Assembly: GCA_947626095.1 (NCBI GenBank)
Contig: CANQQV010000001.1
Span: forward strand, 98,009-162,008
Length of the DNA stretch: 64,000 bases
Direction: 5' to 3'
DNA from: an uncultured Bacilli bacterium
Lineage (GTDB): Bacteria > Bacillota_I > Bacilli_A > RF39 > UBA660
The position numbers and the translations under genes are program-made. Below the pieces are notes generated by a model. It was not told the origin of the DNA, searched no databases, and worked only from the letters and a program-made list of their open reading frames with translations. Of the stretch, positions 1 to 10,659 are shown piece by piece. Each line of letters starts with the position of its first letter. The first letter of the stretch is position 1.

Positions 1-9
1 CTTATTAAA

Positions 10-648
10 TTATTTATCATTTAATTTTATAGTAGCTAGTAAATAATTAAGATTATTTACATTTTCATTACCATATTCATTCCATTCTAAATCATATTTA
101 ACATTTATATCTTTAAAATCATTATCTACTTCTTCAATTGAATCATTAGATAAAATATATTTCGTTAAATTAGCTGTTTTATCTCTAAATTCAGTAAAAT
201 TAGTTAACAATATTGCATAACTTTCTTTAATTTTAAAACTATCTATTTCCTTAGTTATATTATTTAAATTTAATAGCCTTTCAATATCTTTACAATATTT
301 TCTTCTAAAATCTGTTGTTCCCTGTTCACTTACATTATTTATTTTATAATCTATATCTTTATCTAACTTTATTATTCCTCTTTTATAATCATAGTTATAT
401 TTAAGTTCAATCGGATAACAATTTTTATTAAAAATAACTAAAACATCAATACTTTGTCTTGTATCTTTTTCTTCTTTTAATAAAGTACCACTAGGATAAT
501 TATATTCCATAATAACTTGGGCATGCCTATACATTTTCTTTATCACATAGCCAAGCATAAACTGAAAGTCACCTTCTAAAGTAAAGCCTTGTCTTAATTT
601 ACTTAAATTAGTCATAACCTTCCTTATATCAAATTCTTTTGTATACAT
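10..648 (-). CDS. PD-(D/E)XK nuclease-like hypothetical protein
   Basis: EGDFQF, IDVLV and YPIELKY resemble a restriction-endonuclease-fold active site; GGAG RBS. Confidence 0.45.
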   Translation of the reverse strand: MYTKEFDIRKVMTNLSKLRQGFTLEGDFQFMLGYVIKKMYRHAQVIMEYNYPSGTLLKEEKDTRQSIDVLVIFNKNCYPIELKYNYDYKRGIIKLDKDIDYKINNVSEQGTTDFRRKYCKDIERLLNLNNITKEIDSFKIKESYAILLTNFTEFRDKTANLTKYILSNDSIEEVDNDFKDINVKYDLEWNEYGNENVNNLNYLLATIKLNDK

Positions 649-656
649 ATCTACTC

Positions 657-1502
657 CTATTTATTACCTACTATTACTTTACCATCTAAATTACAAATAT
701 AGCAATGTGGTAACTTATTTTTTATATATCTTATTTTTTCTTCGTCATGTTCTAATTTTCTTCCTACTAGTATTCCTTCAATTAACTTAGCTGGTAAACC
801 AAACATAATAGCTGTTTCACGATCAGTAGTTAAAGCATTACGATTTAAACGTTCAGTTAAGAATTTTTCATAATAACGATAATCTAAAAAATCTTTTAAA
901 GTCTCTTCATCCATTGATGGATTCCAAACATCAGCTTTTATAAGTTCCTGAGTAACAGGGTTATTTAGATTTAAAATAAAAGCAATTTGACGTTTATTAG
1001 CTACTAAACTAGGAAGAAATCTTACTTCTTTAGTTTGATCTCCCCAATACATCCAAACATCTTCACGATTATTTAACTCTTCAGTATAAGCATCAAATTG
1101 ATGATAAGGAATTAATTCAGTTATTTCTTTAGAACCTGGTCCACGACCAATAGTATAAGTAATAGTAAAACCACTATATTTTTTTATATAATCTTTTAGT
1201 AAAACATCTTCTTTTATTTCCCACATTCCAACACTATGTGTAATCTTATTATGCACATTTTCATCAGTAAAATCATTGCTTATAAAACCATTATTAACTA
1301 TCCAATCAAAATTATCTAACATCCCTGGTATACCATGAAGATAATTTACCTTCGCAAGACGAACATCTTCTCCAGGGTTATATTGATTATATGAATCAAT
1401 CTTAGAATCATCATAGAATAATTCAATTTGTTTTAATATTAAATTTAAAGCTTTACCACTAAAAGTACCTTTAGCATATTCAATATATTTTTCTTTCATC
1501 AT
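657..1502 (-). CDS. hypothetical protein
   Basis: 281-aa ORF, GAGG RBS, co-oriented with neighbours. Confidence 0.7.
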   Translation of the reverse strand: MMKEKYIEYAKGTFSGKALNLILKQIELFYDDSKIDSYNQYNPGEDVRLAKVNYLHGIPGMLDNFDWIVNNGFISNDFTDENVHNKITHSVGMWEIKEDVLLKDYIKKYSGFTITYTIGRGPGSKEITELIPYHQFDAYTEELNNREDVWMYWGDQTKEVRFLPSLVANKRQIAFILNLNNPVTQELIKADVWNPSMDEETLKDFLDYRYYEKFLTERLNRNALTTDRETAIMFGLPAKLIEGILVGRKLEHDEEKIRYIKNKLPHCYICNLDGKVIVGNK

Positions 1503-1513
1503 AAACCTCTATA

Positions 1514-1936
1514 TTAACCATTTAAAATATTAGAAAGCTCAACTAAATTTTTCGACATTGCTAATACTTCATCTGTCATTACATATTCATTATTATTTTC
1601 AACAATAATATTAGTAATTACTGGCAAGTTATCATTATTCATAACTATTTTTATTTCATTCTTTATATAATGTAATTGTGTACAATGTGGTGATTTATTA
1701 ACAGAAACAAAAGCCAACTCTGTTATTTTATTACATGATAACATCCCACATATTTTTGTAATCGCCATATTTATATGCTCTTTTTCTAAGCATAATGAAA
1801 GTACACAATCATATTTCTTAGCTATTCTATTATAAGCATCTGGTTCCATATTTGGTAAACAAGTACCGCAAACCATAACTTTACCCTTAGCATCATAAAT
1901 ATTTGTTTCTAATAAATTTTTCATTGTCTTATGCAC
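1514..1936 (-). CDS. Cys/His-motif protein, possibly Fe-S or metal binding
   Basis: CGTC, CLEKEH and SPHC motifs. Confidence 0.5.
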   Translation of the reverse strand: MHKTMKNLLETNIYDAKGKVMVCGTCLPNMEPDAYNRIAKKYDCVLSLCLEKEHINMAITKICGMLSCNKITELAFVSVNKSPHCTQLHYIKNEIKIVMNNDNLPVITNIIVENNNEYVMTDEVLAMSKNLVELSNILNG

Positions 1937-2033
1937 CTACTCTTTTAACGTTTGTTCTCAAAACAATTTTAACATACATTAAAGAAAAGTATACCATTAT
2001 ATGATATAATGCTAAATATAAGGAGAAATTAAA

Positions 2034-2435
2034 ATGAAAAAGAAAAAAGCTATCTTAATTTTAATCGCCATTATTACTTGCCTTTGTCTTGTCGGATGTG
2101 GTGATAAGAAAGAGGAAGAAAAGAAAGAAGACGTCTTAAAAATTTCGCTATATGATAATAGTTCAACAGGATATACTTGGTCATATACAGTTAGTGAAGA
2201 AGATATAATCGAAATTTCTGAAACTACAGATTATTCAAATTGTCCTCCAGATGTCGCTGGATGTGGTGGTAAAAAGATTTATACCATTAAAGGCTTAAAA
2301 CCAGATAAAACAACTTTATCTTTAGATTATACTTCTATACCTCATGGTAATACTGACAAAACGGCTGTATATGAAATAACTGTTGATAAAGACTTAAATA
2401 TAACAGAAACTCATAGTGGTTCATATTTCAAATAA
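2034..2435 (+). CDS. lipoprotein, protease inhibitor I42 (chagasin-like) family
   Basis: Lipobox LVGC; NSSTGYTW and GCGG motifs. Confidence 0.75.
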   Translation: MKKKKAILILIAIITCLCLVGCGDKKEEEKKEDVLKISLYDNSSTGYTWSYTVSEEDIIEISETTDYSNCPPDVAGCGGKKIYTIKGLKPDKTTLSLDYTSIPHGNTDKTAVYEITVDKDLNITETHSGSYFK

Positions 2436-2564
2436 AAAAAATCTACAGATAAAAAACGATTAATGATATTATATCTTAATCGCTTTTTTATTGCTTTTTT
2501 AACTATAATATAAGTTCAATCATTTAAAAACTCAAACCATAAAAGTTCGAGTTTAATAACAATT

Positions 2565-2927
2565 TGGTGGAGTAGAGGAGAATCGAACTCCTGTCCAAAC
2601 TACCTTGATATACAACGTCTACAAGTTTAGTTAGATTTATAATTTCACTAAGTAGCCGGCTATAACGTACCTACTATCCTAGCTATCCTAATAAAAATTT
2701 GTTATTATACCTTAGGCAATATAATAATATACCCTATATATATGAACCCTTATCTTATTCTATAGGTAAAAACAAGTAAGAGTGCTCCTATACCTTATAT
2801 TAGGCTGCTGCGAAAGCAGGAGCGAAACTATATGAAGTTTCGTCATTTAATTTTAATTTTGAATTTAAGGTATTCCTACCACTTGCAGTCATATTCAACA
2901 GTAATCTGTCGAAACCAAGTCTACCCC
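2565..2927 (-). ncRNA. ssrA: tmRNA; tag (A)DETSYSFAPAFAAA at 2844-2800
   Basis: 5' GGGGTAGACTTGGTTTCGAC; 3' T-arm plus CTCCACCA; resume codon GAC after TTAAAT; Ala-ending tag. Confidence 0.95.
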
Positions 2928-3167
2928 AAGACTTAGCTAATTATATCACAAAAAATCCATTTATAAAATTTTTTTCTAATCATCTAGCAAATTTTGACAT
3001 ATTTTCGCCGATAATGATATAATTTCTGTGTTAGAAAAATTATTGTTCTAATCAAAGCAATTTTTACATTATCTATATAATAAGATAAAGTTGACTTTTA
3101 TACCTTATTATGTTAGATTATCTACTTAAGAAAAAGAGTATTTTTGCTTATTAGAGGGGGTATTATA

Positions 3168-4553
3168 ATGGCAAAGAATCTATATGAGATTTTAGATGTA
3201 CCACAAAATGCAACACAAGATCAAATCCTTGAAGCATATGCTAAAAAGAAAAATAAACTACAACTTGAACGTAATAGTGGTGCAATAGAAACACATGAAT
3301 TTATTCAAAAATTAAGCGAACTTGATGAAGCTAAAAGTGTACTATTAGATGAAACAAGACGTAATGCATACAATAATGGAGTTCCAGCATTAACAACAGG
3401 TGCTCAAACAGGACAAAAACCAGAAAATAAAAAAGAAAAATCTATACTACCAAAAGTAGCATTAGCTACATGTATAGCAGCACTTGCTGTTTCACTTATA
3501 GGCTGTACTATATTTGGTTTAAGTAAAAACAAAGGAAAAGATGCTGAACCTTCAAATCCACCAATTGTAACTGTTACACCAAAACCAGATGACAATACAA
3601 CAACTGAACCACCAGCACCAGAAGAAACTCAAGCTCCAGTTGTTCCAAGTACAGTTCCAGAAATGATTAATCTTGGCGATGCTAAAGATGATGCTTTAGT
3701 TACAGAACGTGCTACTAAATTATTAGAAGAACTTAATGCTTCTAGTCTATATAATATAGGAACAAATGCTCCATATACAGTTGATGAATTAAAAACATTA
3801 ATTCAATATATGAATGGTGCATATAAACCACAAAATGAAGATGAAGCATACACATTAGTTAATGAAATAATTAATTTTGCAGTTGCTCCATTAAATTCTG
3901 AACACGTTTTATTCGCAGTTCAATATCAAGGTGGCGAAGACAGTTTCAAAGATACTGTTCAAGGATATATCGATAATTTCCATCCTATAAATATAGTTGA
4001 TAACATGTTACTAGGAAATACTTCAGCATATCCATACTTAAAATGGTTTGAAAATCAATATAACGCTATGTTATGCACAACTGATAGAGATGAATGTGCA
4101 AGAATTTATGATTCAATAGTTCAAAGCTTAGCTGATATGGTATATGGTGATGGTTTTACTCTAGATGGTAAAGTTTATGATAAAAGTGCTTTCTTAGGCC
4201 TAGATAAAGTTAATTCAGGTAACGTATTACAAATATTAACTTACATCATGGAACCATTTAGAACAGACAGAACAAAAGATACATTTACCGTTCATAATTC
4301 ATTAATCTCAGCAAACCCTGAAGAAAATGCTGTAGATGTTGGATATCAAGAAATTATGGAACACTTCAACATGGATTGTGAAGATGACTTATCACAAATA
4401 GCAGTCGACGATGAAGGCTTATTATTGATTGATAATCCTAATGGTAAGAACTTCCATTATATAAATCAAGTAAACACAATAAATTGTGCCTTAATGGAAT
4501 ACTATGGTAAAAGCCAAGCTTATACCAATGTTTATCAAAAAAGTTTAAATTAA
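3168..4553 (+). CDS. membrane protein with N-terminal J-domain-like region lacking HPD
   Basis: NLYEILDV...EAKSVLLDETRRNAYN; one TM helix; Pro-rich linker; ATG 3168 after AGAGGGGG. Confidence 0.65.
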   Translation: MAKNLYEILDVPQNATQDQILEAYAKKKNKLQLERNSGAIETHEFIQKLSELDEAKSVLLDETRRNAYNNGVPALTTGAQTGQKPENKKEKSILPKVALATCIAALAVSLIGCTIFGLSKNKGKDAEPSNPPIVTVTPKPDDNTTTEPPAPEETQAPVVPSTVPEMINLGDAKDDALVTERATKLLEELNASSLYNIGTNAPYTVDELKTLIQYMNGAYKPQNEDEAYTLVNEIINFAVAPLNSEHVLFAVQYQGGEDSFKDTVQGYIDNFHPINIVDNMLLGNTSAYPYLKWFENQYNAMLCTTDRDECARIYDSIVQSLADMVYGDGFTLDGKVYDKSAFLGLDKVNSGNVLQILTYIMEPFRTDRTKDTFTVHNSLISANPEENAVDVGYQEIMEHFNMDCEDDLSQIAVDDEGLLLIDNPNGKNFHYINQVNTINCALMEYYGKSQAYTNVYQKSLN

Positions 4554-4571
4554 TGAAAGGAGGAATTAATC

Positions 4572-6890
4572 ATGTACGAAGACAATAACTACACATATAA
4601 AATTGGTCTTAACTGGAAAGATATCCTAATAAAAATAGTAATGTTAATCTTATTTGTTATTTTATTATTATGGTTATTCCCAAGACCTAATTTAGATGTT
4701 TTCTACGATAATGTTTATAATACAAACATTAATGCAATGAAAGAAGCAGCTAAAAGTTATTATACAGTAGATAAATTACCAAATAACGTTGGAGAACAAA
4801 CATCAATGACTCTTCAAGAAATGTTTGATAATCACTTACTTATAAGATTTACAGACAAAGATGGTGCTACTTGTGATGAAAAATCAAGTAAAGTTGAATT
4901 ATCTAAAATATCTGATGAAGAATATGCTTTAAAAGTTCAACTTAATTGTGGTGATCAAAAAGATTACATTCTAGATACAATTGGTTGTACATCAGTATGT
5001 AAAAATGGTAATTGTACAACTCAAATAGTTGATAACAATAACAACAACCAAACAACTGATAATAACAATACAGATAATAATTACAATAATAGTGATGATG
5101 ACGAGATAGCAAGTAATCCTAACGTTGACAAAGACGGTAATCCAATAGATGACTTACTATACAAAACAACATATTATCAACATAAAAAAGCTGTAACAAC
5201 TACTAAAAAAGTATATACTTGTCCTAGTGGTTACAAATTAAATGGTACTAAATGTACTAAACCAACAACTGGTGCGACAATTGACGCTACTCCAGTATAC
5301 AACCCAGATCAAACAGTTATAACTGATGCTAAAGTAGTTACATCTGGTGAAAGAGAATATGTTAACCCAGTTAAAACTAAAGTAAGAACTGATTATACTT
5401 GTCCTACTGGATATACATTAAATGGTTCATATTGTATTAAATATATTGATGCAACAGAACAACATGGAGAAAATGCCTATACTTGTCCTAGTGGATTTAC
5501 TAAAAATGGTACTAAATGTACTAAAACATACACTGCTACATATGTAGCTGGAGGAGCAAGTTACTCTTGTCCTAATGGTGGTACATTAAATGGTACTAAA
5601 TGTACAATAACTCAAAATGCTAGTGCATCTACTACATATACTTGTCCTTCTGGTTATTCTAAGAATGGTACAAGTTGTTATAAAGTATATAATGCAACAG
5701 CTAAAACAACATATAGTTGTCCTAACGGTGGTTCATTAAGTGGTTCTAAATGTACTACAACCACAAGTTATAATGCAACAGCTAAAACAACTTATAGTTG
5801 CCCTAATGGGGGTTCATTAAGTGGTTCTAAATGTACTACAACCACAAGTTATAATGCAACACCATCTACAAGTTATGGTTCATGGGTAAGCCATGGTACA
5901 CAATACTATACTTCAGCAAGTAAAGCTTATACAGGAACAACAGCTAAATTAGTTTATAATGGTGCTGTATCAGGTGCTGTATGTGGCTCACCTTGTGGTA
6001 ACAAAGGTATTTGGTATAAATATACTTACTATACAAGATCAACTAGTACAAAATATAGTTGTCCTAATGGTGGTACACTAAGTGGTTCTAAATGTACTAA
6101 GACTACAAGTTATAATGCGACACCTAAAACAACATATAGTTGTCCTAATGGTGGAACATTAAATGGTTCTAAATGTACTAAGACTAGTAGTTATAATGCC
6201 ACACCATCTACATCATATAGTTGTCCTAATGGTGGAACTAGAAATGGTTCAACTTGTACATTAACAGCTAATGCTACTCCATCAACAACATATAGTTGTC
6301 CTGCTGGATTCACTCAAAGTGGTTCAAGCTGTGTTAAAACATATGACGCAACTAAAAATAATGGAGCTGGTTACTATACTTGTCCTAGTGGTGGATCATT
6401 AAGTGGTTCAACTTGTACAATTACTCAAGATGCTACACTTACTCCTGGTGGCGTAACATATACTTGTCCTGCTGGTTATACCTTAAGTGGTAATAAGTGT
6501 TTATATCAAATAAGCGCTACTCCAACAGATATCTATAGTTATACTTGTCCTACTGGTTACACAGCTGAAGGATCAGGAGAAAGTACTAAATGTTATAGAA
6601 TTGCTACTACAACTAAATATTACTGTGAAGATAGCGATGCTACATTAAATGGTACTAAGTGTACAAAAGTAGTTAAAGGAACAGTTAAATATTATACTTG
6701 TCCTACTGGTTACTCAGTAAGTGGTGATAAATGTATTAAACAATCTAATATTACAATCGACGCAACTGTAACAACTAAGAAGACTACTTCATATAAATAT
6801 AAATGGAGTAAGAATTCATACTTAGAAGGTTGGACATTTACTGGTAAAACTAAAGTAGTAACAGAAAAATATGTTGCTGGACAAAAATAA
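4572..6890 (+). CDS. membrane-anchored surface protein with ~16 Cys-pair repeats (Y-x-C-P-x-G...C)
   Basis: N-terminal TM; repeated YTCPxGxxLxGxKC units; AGGAGG RBS. Confidence 0.85.
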   Translation: MYEDNNYTYKIGLNWKDILIKIVMLILFVILLLWLFPRPNLDVFYDNVYNTNINAMKEAAKSYYTVDKLPNNVGEQTSMTLQEMFDNHLLIRFTDKDGATCDEKSSKVELSKISDEEYALKVQLNCGDQKDYILDTIGCTSVCKNGNCTTQIVDNNNNNQTTDNNNTDNNYNNSDDDEIASNPNVDKDGNPIDDLLYKTTYYQHKKAVTTTKKVYTCPSGYKLNGTKCTKPTTGATIDATPVYNPDQTVITDAKVVTSGEREYVNPVKTKVRTDYTCPTGYTLNGSYCIKYIDATEQHGENAYTCPSGFTKNGTKCTKTYTATYVAGGASYSCPNGGTLNGTKCTITQNASASTTYTCPSGYSKNGTSCYKVYNATAKTTYSCPNGGSLSGSKCTTTTSYNATAKTTYSCPNGGSLSGSKCTTTTSYNATPSTSYGSWVSHGTQYYTSASKAYTGTTAKLVYNGAVSGAVCGSPCGNKGIWYKYTYYTRSTSTKYSCPNGGTLSGSKCTKTTSYNATPKTTYSCPNGGTLNGSKCTKTSSYNATPSTSYSCPNGGTRNGSTCTLTANATPSTTYSCPAGFTQSGSSCVKTYDATKNNGAGYYTCPSGGSLSGSTCTITQDATLTPGGVTYTCPAGYTLSGNKCLYQISATPTDIYSYTCPTGYTAEGSGESTKCYRIATTTKYYCEDSDATLNGTKCTKVVKGTVKYYTCPTGYSVSGDKCIKQSNITIDATVTTKKTTSYKYKWSKNSYLEGWTFTGKTKVVTEKYVAGQK
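5688..5861 (+). repeat. 81-bp intragenic tandem repeat (about 2.1 copies)
   Basis: tataatgcaaca recurs at 5688, 5769 and 5850 with near-identical units. Confidence 0.9.
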
Positions 6891-6904
6891 TAATTAAAAA
6901 AAAT

Positions 6905-6932
6905 AAAGGTTTGATTAAATAATCAAACCTTT
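6905..6932. terminator. bidirectional intrinsic terminator
   Basis: AAAGGTTTGATT-AAAT-AATCAAACCTTT between convergent genes. Confidence 0.85.
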
Positions 6933-7343
6933 TTATTTGTCCTTAGCTTTTGGTAAATCAAATTCGTCTTCTTTTTCTTCTTTTTTCTTTTTATTTACCT
7001 TTTCATTTTTATCTTCTGCTTTTTCATTTTCTATAGTTTCAAATCTCTTATTAAATAACCACATAAATACTAATACAGAAAATAAAATACTTATAATATT
7101 AAAAATCCAATAATATACTTGAGCAGCCGTATTATTTAAGCCACCAGCGAATAACTGAATAGTATCAGAAAGAAAATCTCTTAAAACACCAATTGGGACA
7201 TAAACAAAAGCTGCTAAAACAAATAAACATAAAATAATAACCGTATTTACAAATAATTCTTTATATCCAACTTTCATTAAATAATCAACATACTTTTTTA
7301 AAGTTGGAAAGAAATTTTTTATAACCAACATTACTTTTTTCAT
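6933..7343 (-). CDS. small membrane protein
   Basis: Two TM helices, charged tail, GAGGTG RBS. Confidence 0.7.
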   Translation of the reverse strand: MKKVMLVIKNFFPTLKKYVDYLMKVGYKELFVNTVIILCLFVLAAFVYVPIGVLRDFLSDTIQLFAGGLNNTAAQVYYWIFNIISILFSVLVFMWLFNKRFETIENEKAEDKNEKVNKKKKEEKEDEFDLPKAKDK

Positions 7344-7356
7344 TTATATCACCTCT

Positions 7357-10300
7357 CTAATTATTATTTTTATTTAATGGCTTACCAATACTTCCGACTG
7401 ACTTAACTACAATATTCTTTTTTACTGGAGTACTAGCTTGACTAGAAGTAGCATTATTATTAGTTACACTACTAGTATTAGTAACAACTTCTTTTGGTTT
7501 ACTAGCTCCAACTGAAGATACTTTTTTAACTACTTTAACATTCTTTTGCGTAGTCACTGATGGTTTATTAGTATTATTAGTATTATTATTAGAATCTACA
7601 ATTGGTTTAAAGTCTGCAGTCGATATTTCTTGTTTTTCATTATTAACTAAACTAACATCACTTGGTTGATTTGTAAATGTCACAAAACCATTATCTTTTT
7701 TCTCTTCTTTAGCTTTTTCTTCTGCAGCTTTAGTTTCAACAACAACCTCATGATCTTCTACTTTTTTATCTTCTTGACTTGAAATAGTTGATTCTTGTAC
7801 TACTTCTTTTTCTTCGACAACAGGTTCACTAGTTTCTATTTTGTTTTCCACTGTTGGTACTTCCTCAGCTACAGCTACTTCATCTGCTTTAGCTTCATCT
7901 ATTACAGGTTCAGATGACTGAACACTAGGAGTATCTGTGTCATTCTTACTCTTAATATCAACTGCTGATATCATTGTTGATTCGTTATTAGCAGTTTCTA
8001 ATACTGCCTCTTTATTTTCTACTGACTCTGTAACTGATTCACTAGTTTCTACTTTATTTTCTACTGTTGGTACTTCCTCAGCTACTGTTGCTTCAACTTC
8101 TTTAGCTTCATCTATCACAGGTTCAGATGACTGAACACTAGGAGTATCTGTATCATTTTTACTCTTAATATCAACCGCTGATACCATTGTTGATTTGTTA
8201 TTAGCAGTTTCTAATACTGCCTCTTTATTTTCTTCTTGTTCCATAACTGATTCATTTGCTGAAACATTAGTTGTCTCCTCTATCTTAGATTCTGTGCCTG
8301 TTTCTTCAGATACAACTGGACCATCAGAAGAATTTTCAGTTACTGTTTCATTTTGATTTTGTTCTCCTTCCGGTTCTTTAACTTCTTCTTTATTCTCAAC
8401 ACTAGCTTGTTCTTCTTTTACTACTGCAGCCGTATTTACTTCTATTTGTTGTTCTGCAGGTGTTTGTTCTATTGCTTGCTCTGGTGCAACTGCTGTTTCA
8501 TTGTTTTGAGAAGAAACAGTTTCAACAGCTGGTTGATTAGAAACTACTTGCTGTTCTTCAGGATTAGCAATTACATTACTAACATTTTCTAAAGCAGCAT
8601 TACTTATGGTCACCATCGAATTTTCAACAAATGGCGTAGTATTTACAGCATTATTATCATTGACAACTGGCACTTCCTCTACATTTGATAAATTACTAAC
8701 TAAAGAGAATTTATTAAAAATAGTTGAATACTTTAATTTAATATCATCAACATAACTAATATTTTCCATTAATTGAGGTTCCGTATAATATCTTGCAACC
8801 TCTACCTTATTTTCATCGGTATAAATAGATACATCAGCAGTTTCAATTAACAATTCAAAATTAGTTACATCCTTAATTTCCATTAAAGGAGAAGCACCTT
8901 TACTATATAAATCACCTAAATCAAAATAATAAGGTGAATATAAAACAGGTAAATTTTCCTTTAATAAACATATTCCAATCGTCCAATTAAGTTCCCTTGC
9001 ATCATTTAACATTGTATTTAAATCATGCGTTAATAATATATACTTTCTTCTAGCAAAAGTATCAGCCTTTTGTACCAAAGAATACATATTAAAGTCACTT
9101 TTAATCGTCATTTTATTATTAATATTCTTTAAAGTAACTAATTTTTTAATCATTCCCGTAATAAAAGTTTCAAATGATGTGAAATCAACATTAGCAAACA
9201 ATGAATTTTTTATGTTCTCATTTACTGGATCATTAATTCTTTTCTTAACACTCTCATAACATTCAGATTTAAGTTTAGATATTCCTTTAACTGAATTAAG
9301 AGCTTTTAAAATTTCTTTTAATGGTTTTTCTTCATATTTATCAATTTCCAATATAGCATCAAAAATTTTAGCATACTTACTATTATTGTATAAAATCAAT
9401 ATACTCTGTTCTTCGCTACTTAACTTTTCTTTATATTGAATTGCTAAATCCGCCGCTACTTCATTTAACGGCAATTTAGATTTATTAATTTCGCCATCTT
9501 GAATAGCTACTGAATATTTTAAAGCCAAATCATCATAGTTAGTATTTTGAATAGCTTCACGTAAATAATCAGACATATAATATGGATTTAATTTATCAAA
9601 TACCGCATATTTCTTTTCAACTAATGCCAATCTTTCTTCAACATAGTTTTTAGACATATATTTACTTTCTCTACGGCATTTATCATTTATCTTCTTAAAT
9701 CTACTTACTAAATCTATTCCAAATATTGGTCTTAATTCTTCATTTAATTCCTGCATTAATTCTAACTTTTGATTAACTACTTTTAATTCATTACGTGTAT
9801 CATTTTCTTCTTTTTGGGCTTCATAATACTTAGTATTTAACTCTAACTTCATATTTAATTCCCAAACTTGTCTAATAAAATCTTTTATTTCGTTTAAAGA
9901 TGGACGATCAGCTATATACATATTATATTGATTCTTAATAGCTATTTCCAAATCTTCATCAATACTACCTTTATCTAAAACATCAGGTAACAAATTTAAT
10001 TCTCTTTCAACTTTATATTTATTATATTTATCTACTTCTTTTTGTAAATCAAAGTATTTACCGCGTAATTCATTTTTTAAAGAAATTAAATTTTGTAAAT
10101 ACTGTAATTGTCTAGCTTTTATCTCATCATAAACTAACAATAAATCTCCTGCTTCATATAAAATCTGTGATGCTTCATCCATTTGTCTTCTTTGACTTTC
10201 ACGCAAATCAAAATTATCGATATCAAACATTTCGCCTTCCATCATAATCTTTTCATTACGTAGATAAAGAACTTTAGGCATAGAAGACTCATAATTGTCT

Positions 10301-10542
10301 AAAATCATTCTTACATTATAATTTTTAGCATTACTTTTTAACCAACTTTGTTCTTTTAAAAAGTTTTCAAATTCTTCTAAATTATCAAACGTTTTAATAC
10401 GTTCTAATAAACCATATTCTTCATCAATATATGTATAACAAATTCCTAAAGTATCACCTTTTTGATATATATAAGGGTGAATAGAAGTTGAACTATACCC
10501 ATATTGCTTCATTAATTCTATAGCCGTAGTAAAATCTAACAT
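7357..10542 (-). CDS. large hypothetical protein, coiled-coil N-part and acidic low-complexity C-part
   Basis: 1061-aa ORF, GGAGG RBS. Confidence 0.8.
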   Translation of the reverse strand: MLDFTTAIELMKQYGYSSTSIHPYIYQKGDTLGICYTYIDEEYGLLERIKTFDNLEEFENFLKEQSWLKSNAKNYNVRMILDNYESSMPKVLYLRNEKIMMEGEMFDIDNFDLRESQRRQMDEASQILYEAGDLLLVYDEIKARQLQYLQNLISLKNELRGKYFDLQKEVDKYNKYKVERELNLLPDVLDKGSIDEDLEIAIKNQYNMYIADRPSLNEIKDFIRQVWELNMKLELNTKYYEAQKEENDTRNELKVVNQKLELMQELNEELRPIFGIDLVSRFKKINDKCRRESKYMSKNYVEERLALVEKKYAVFDKLNPYYMSDYLREAIQNTNYDDLALKYSVAIQDGEINKSKLPLNEVAADLAIQYKEKLSSEEQSILILYNNSKYAKIFDAILEIDKYEEKPLKEILKALNSVKGISKLKSECYESVKKRINDPVNENIKNSLFANVDFTSFETFITGMIKKLVTLKNINNKMTIKSDFNMYSLVQKADTFARRKYILLTHDLNTMLNDARELNWTIGICLLKENLPVLYSPYYFDLGDLYSKGASPLMEIKDVTNFELLIETADVSIYTDENKVEVARYYTEPQLMENISYVDDIKLKYSTIFNKFSLVSNLSNVEEVPVVNDNNAVNTTPFVENSMVTISNAALENVSNVIANPEEQQVVSNQPAVETVSSQNNETAVAPEQAIEQTPAEQQIEVNTAAVVKEEQASVENKEEVKEPEGEQNQNETVTENSSDGPVVSEETGTESKIEETTNVSANESVMEQEENKEAVLETANNKSTMVSAVDIKSKNDTDTPSVQSSEPVIDEAKEVEATVAEEVPTVENKVETSESVTESVENKEAVLETANNESTMISAVDIKSKNDTDTPSVQSSEPVIDEAKADEVAVAEEVPTVENKIETSEPVVEEKEVVQESTISSQEDKKVEDHEVVVETKAAEEKAKEEKKDNGFVTFTNQPSDVSLVNNEKQEISTADFKPIVDSNNNTNNTNKPSVTTQKNVKVVKKVSSVGASKPKEVVTNTSSVTNNNATSSQASTPVKKNIVVKSVGSIGKPLNKNNN
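7825..8233. repeat. 213-bp (71-aa) intragenic tandem duplication
   Basis: ENKEAVLETANN...EEVPTVENK occurs twice, offset 213 bp. Confidence 0.9.
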
Positions 10543-10659
10543 CTAGCACCCTCCTTATTATTCAAAATAATTATAACACATAAAATATTATAAAAACACA
10601 ACTTATTGCTAAATATCTTTACAATGTTGTATAATTAAAACTATGAAAGAGGTTATATA

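Noticed and set aside
2565-2600. Island integrated at the tmRNA 3' end
   Set aside because: No duplicated tmRNA fragment or integrase nearby in the window
5200-6740. CRISPR-like periodic repeats
   Set aside because: In-frame protein repeats with synonymous variation; no cas genes or unique spacers
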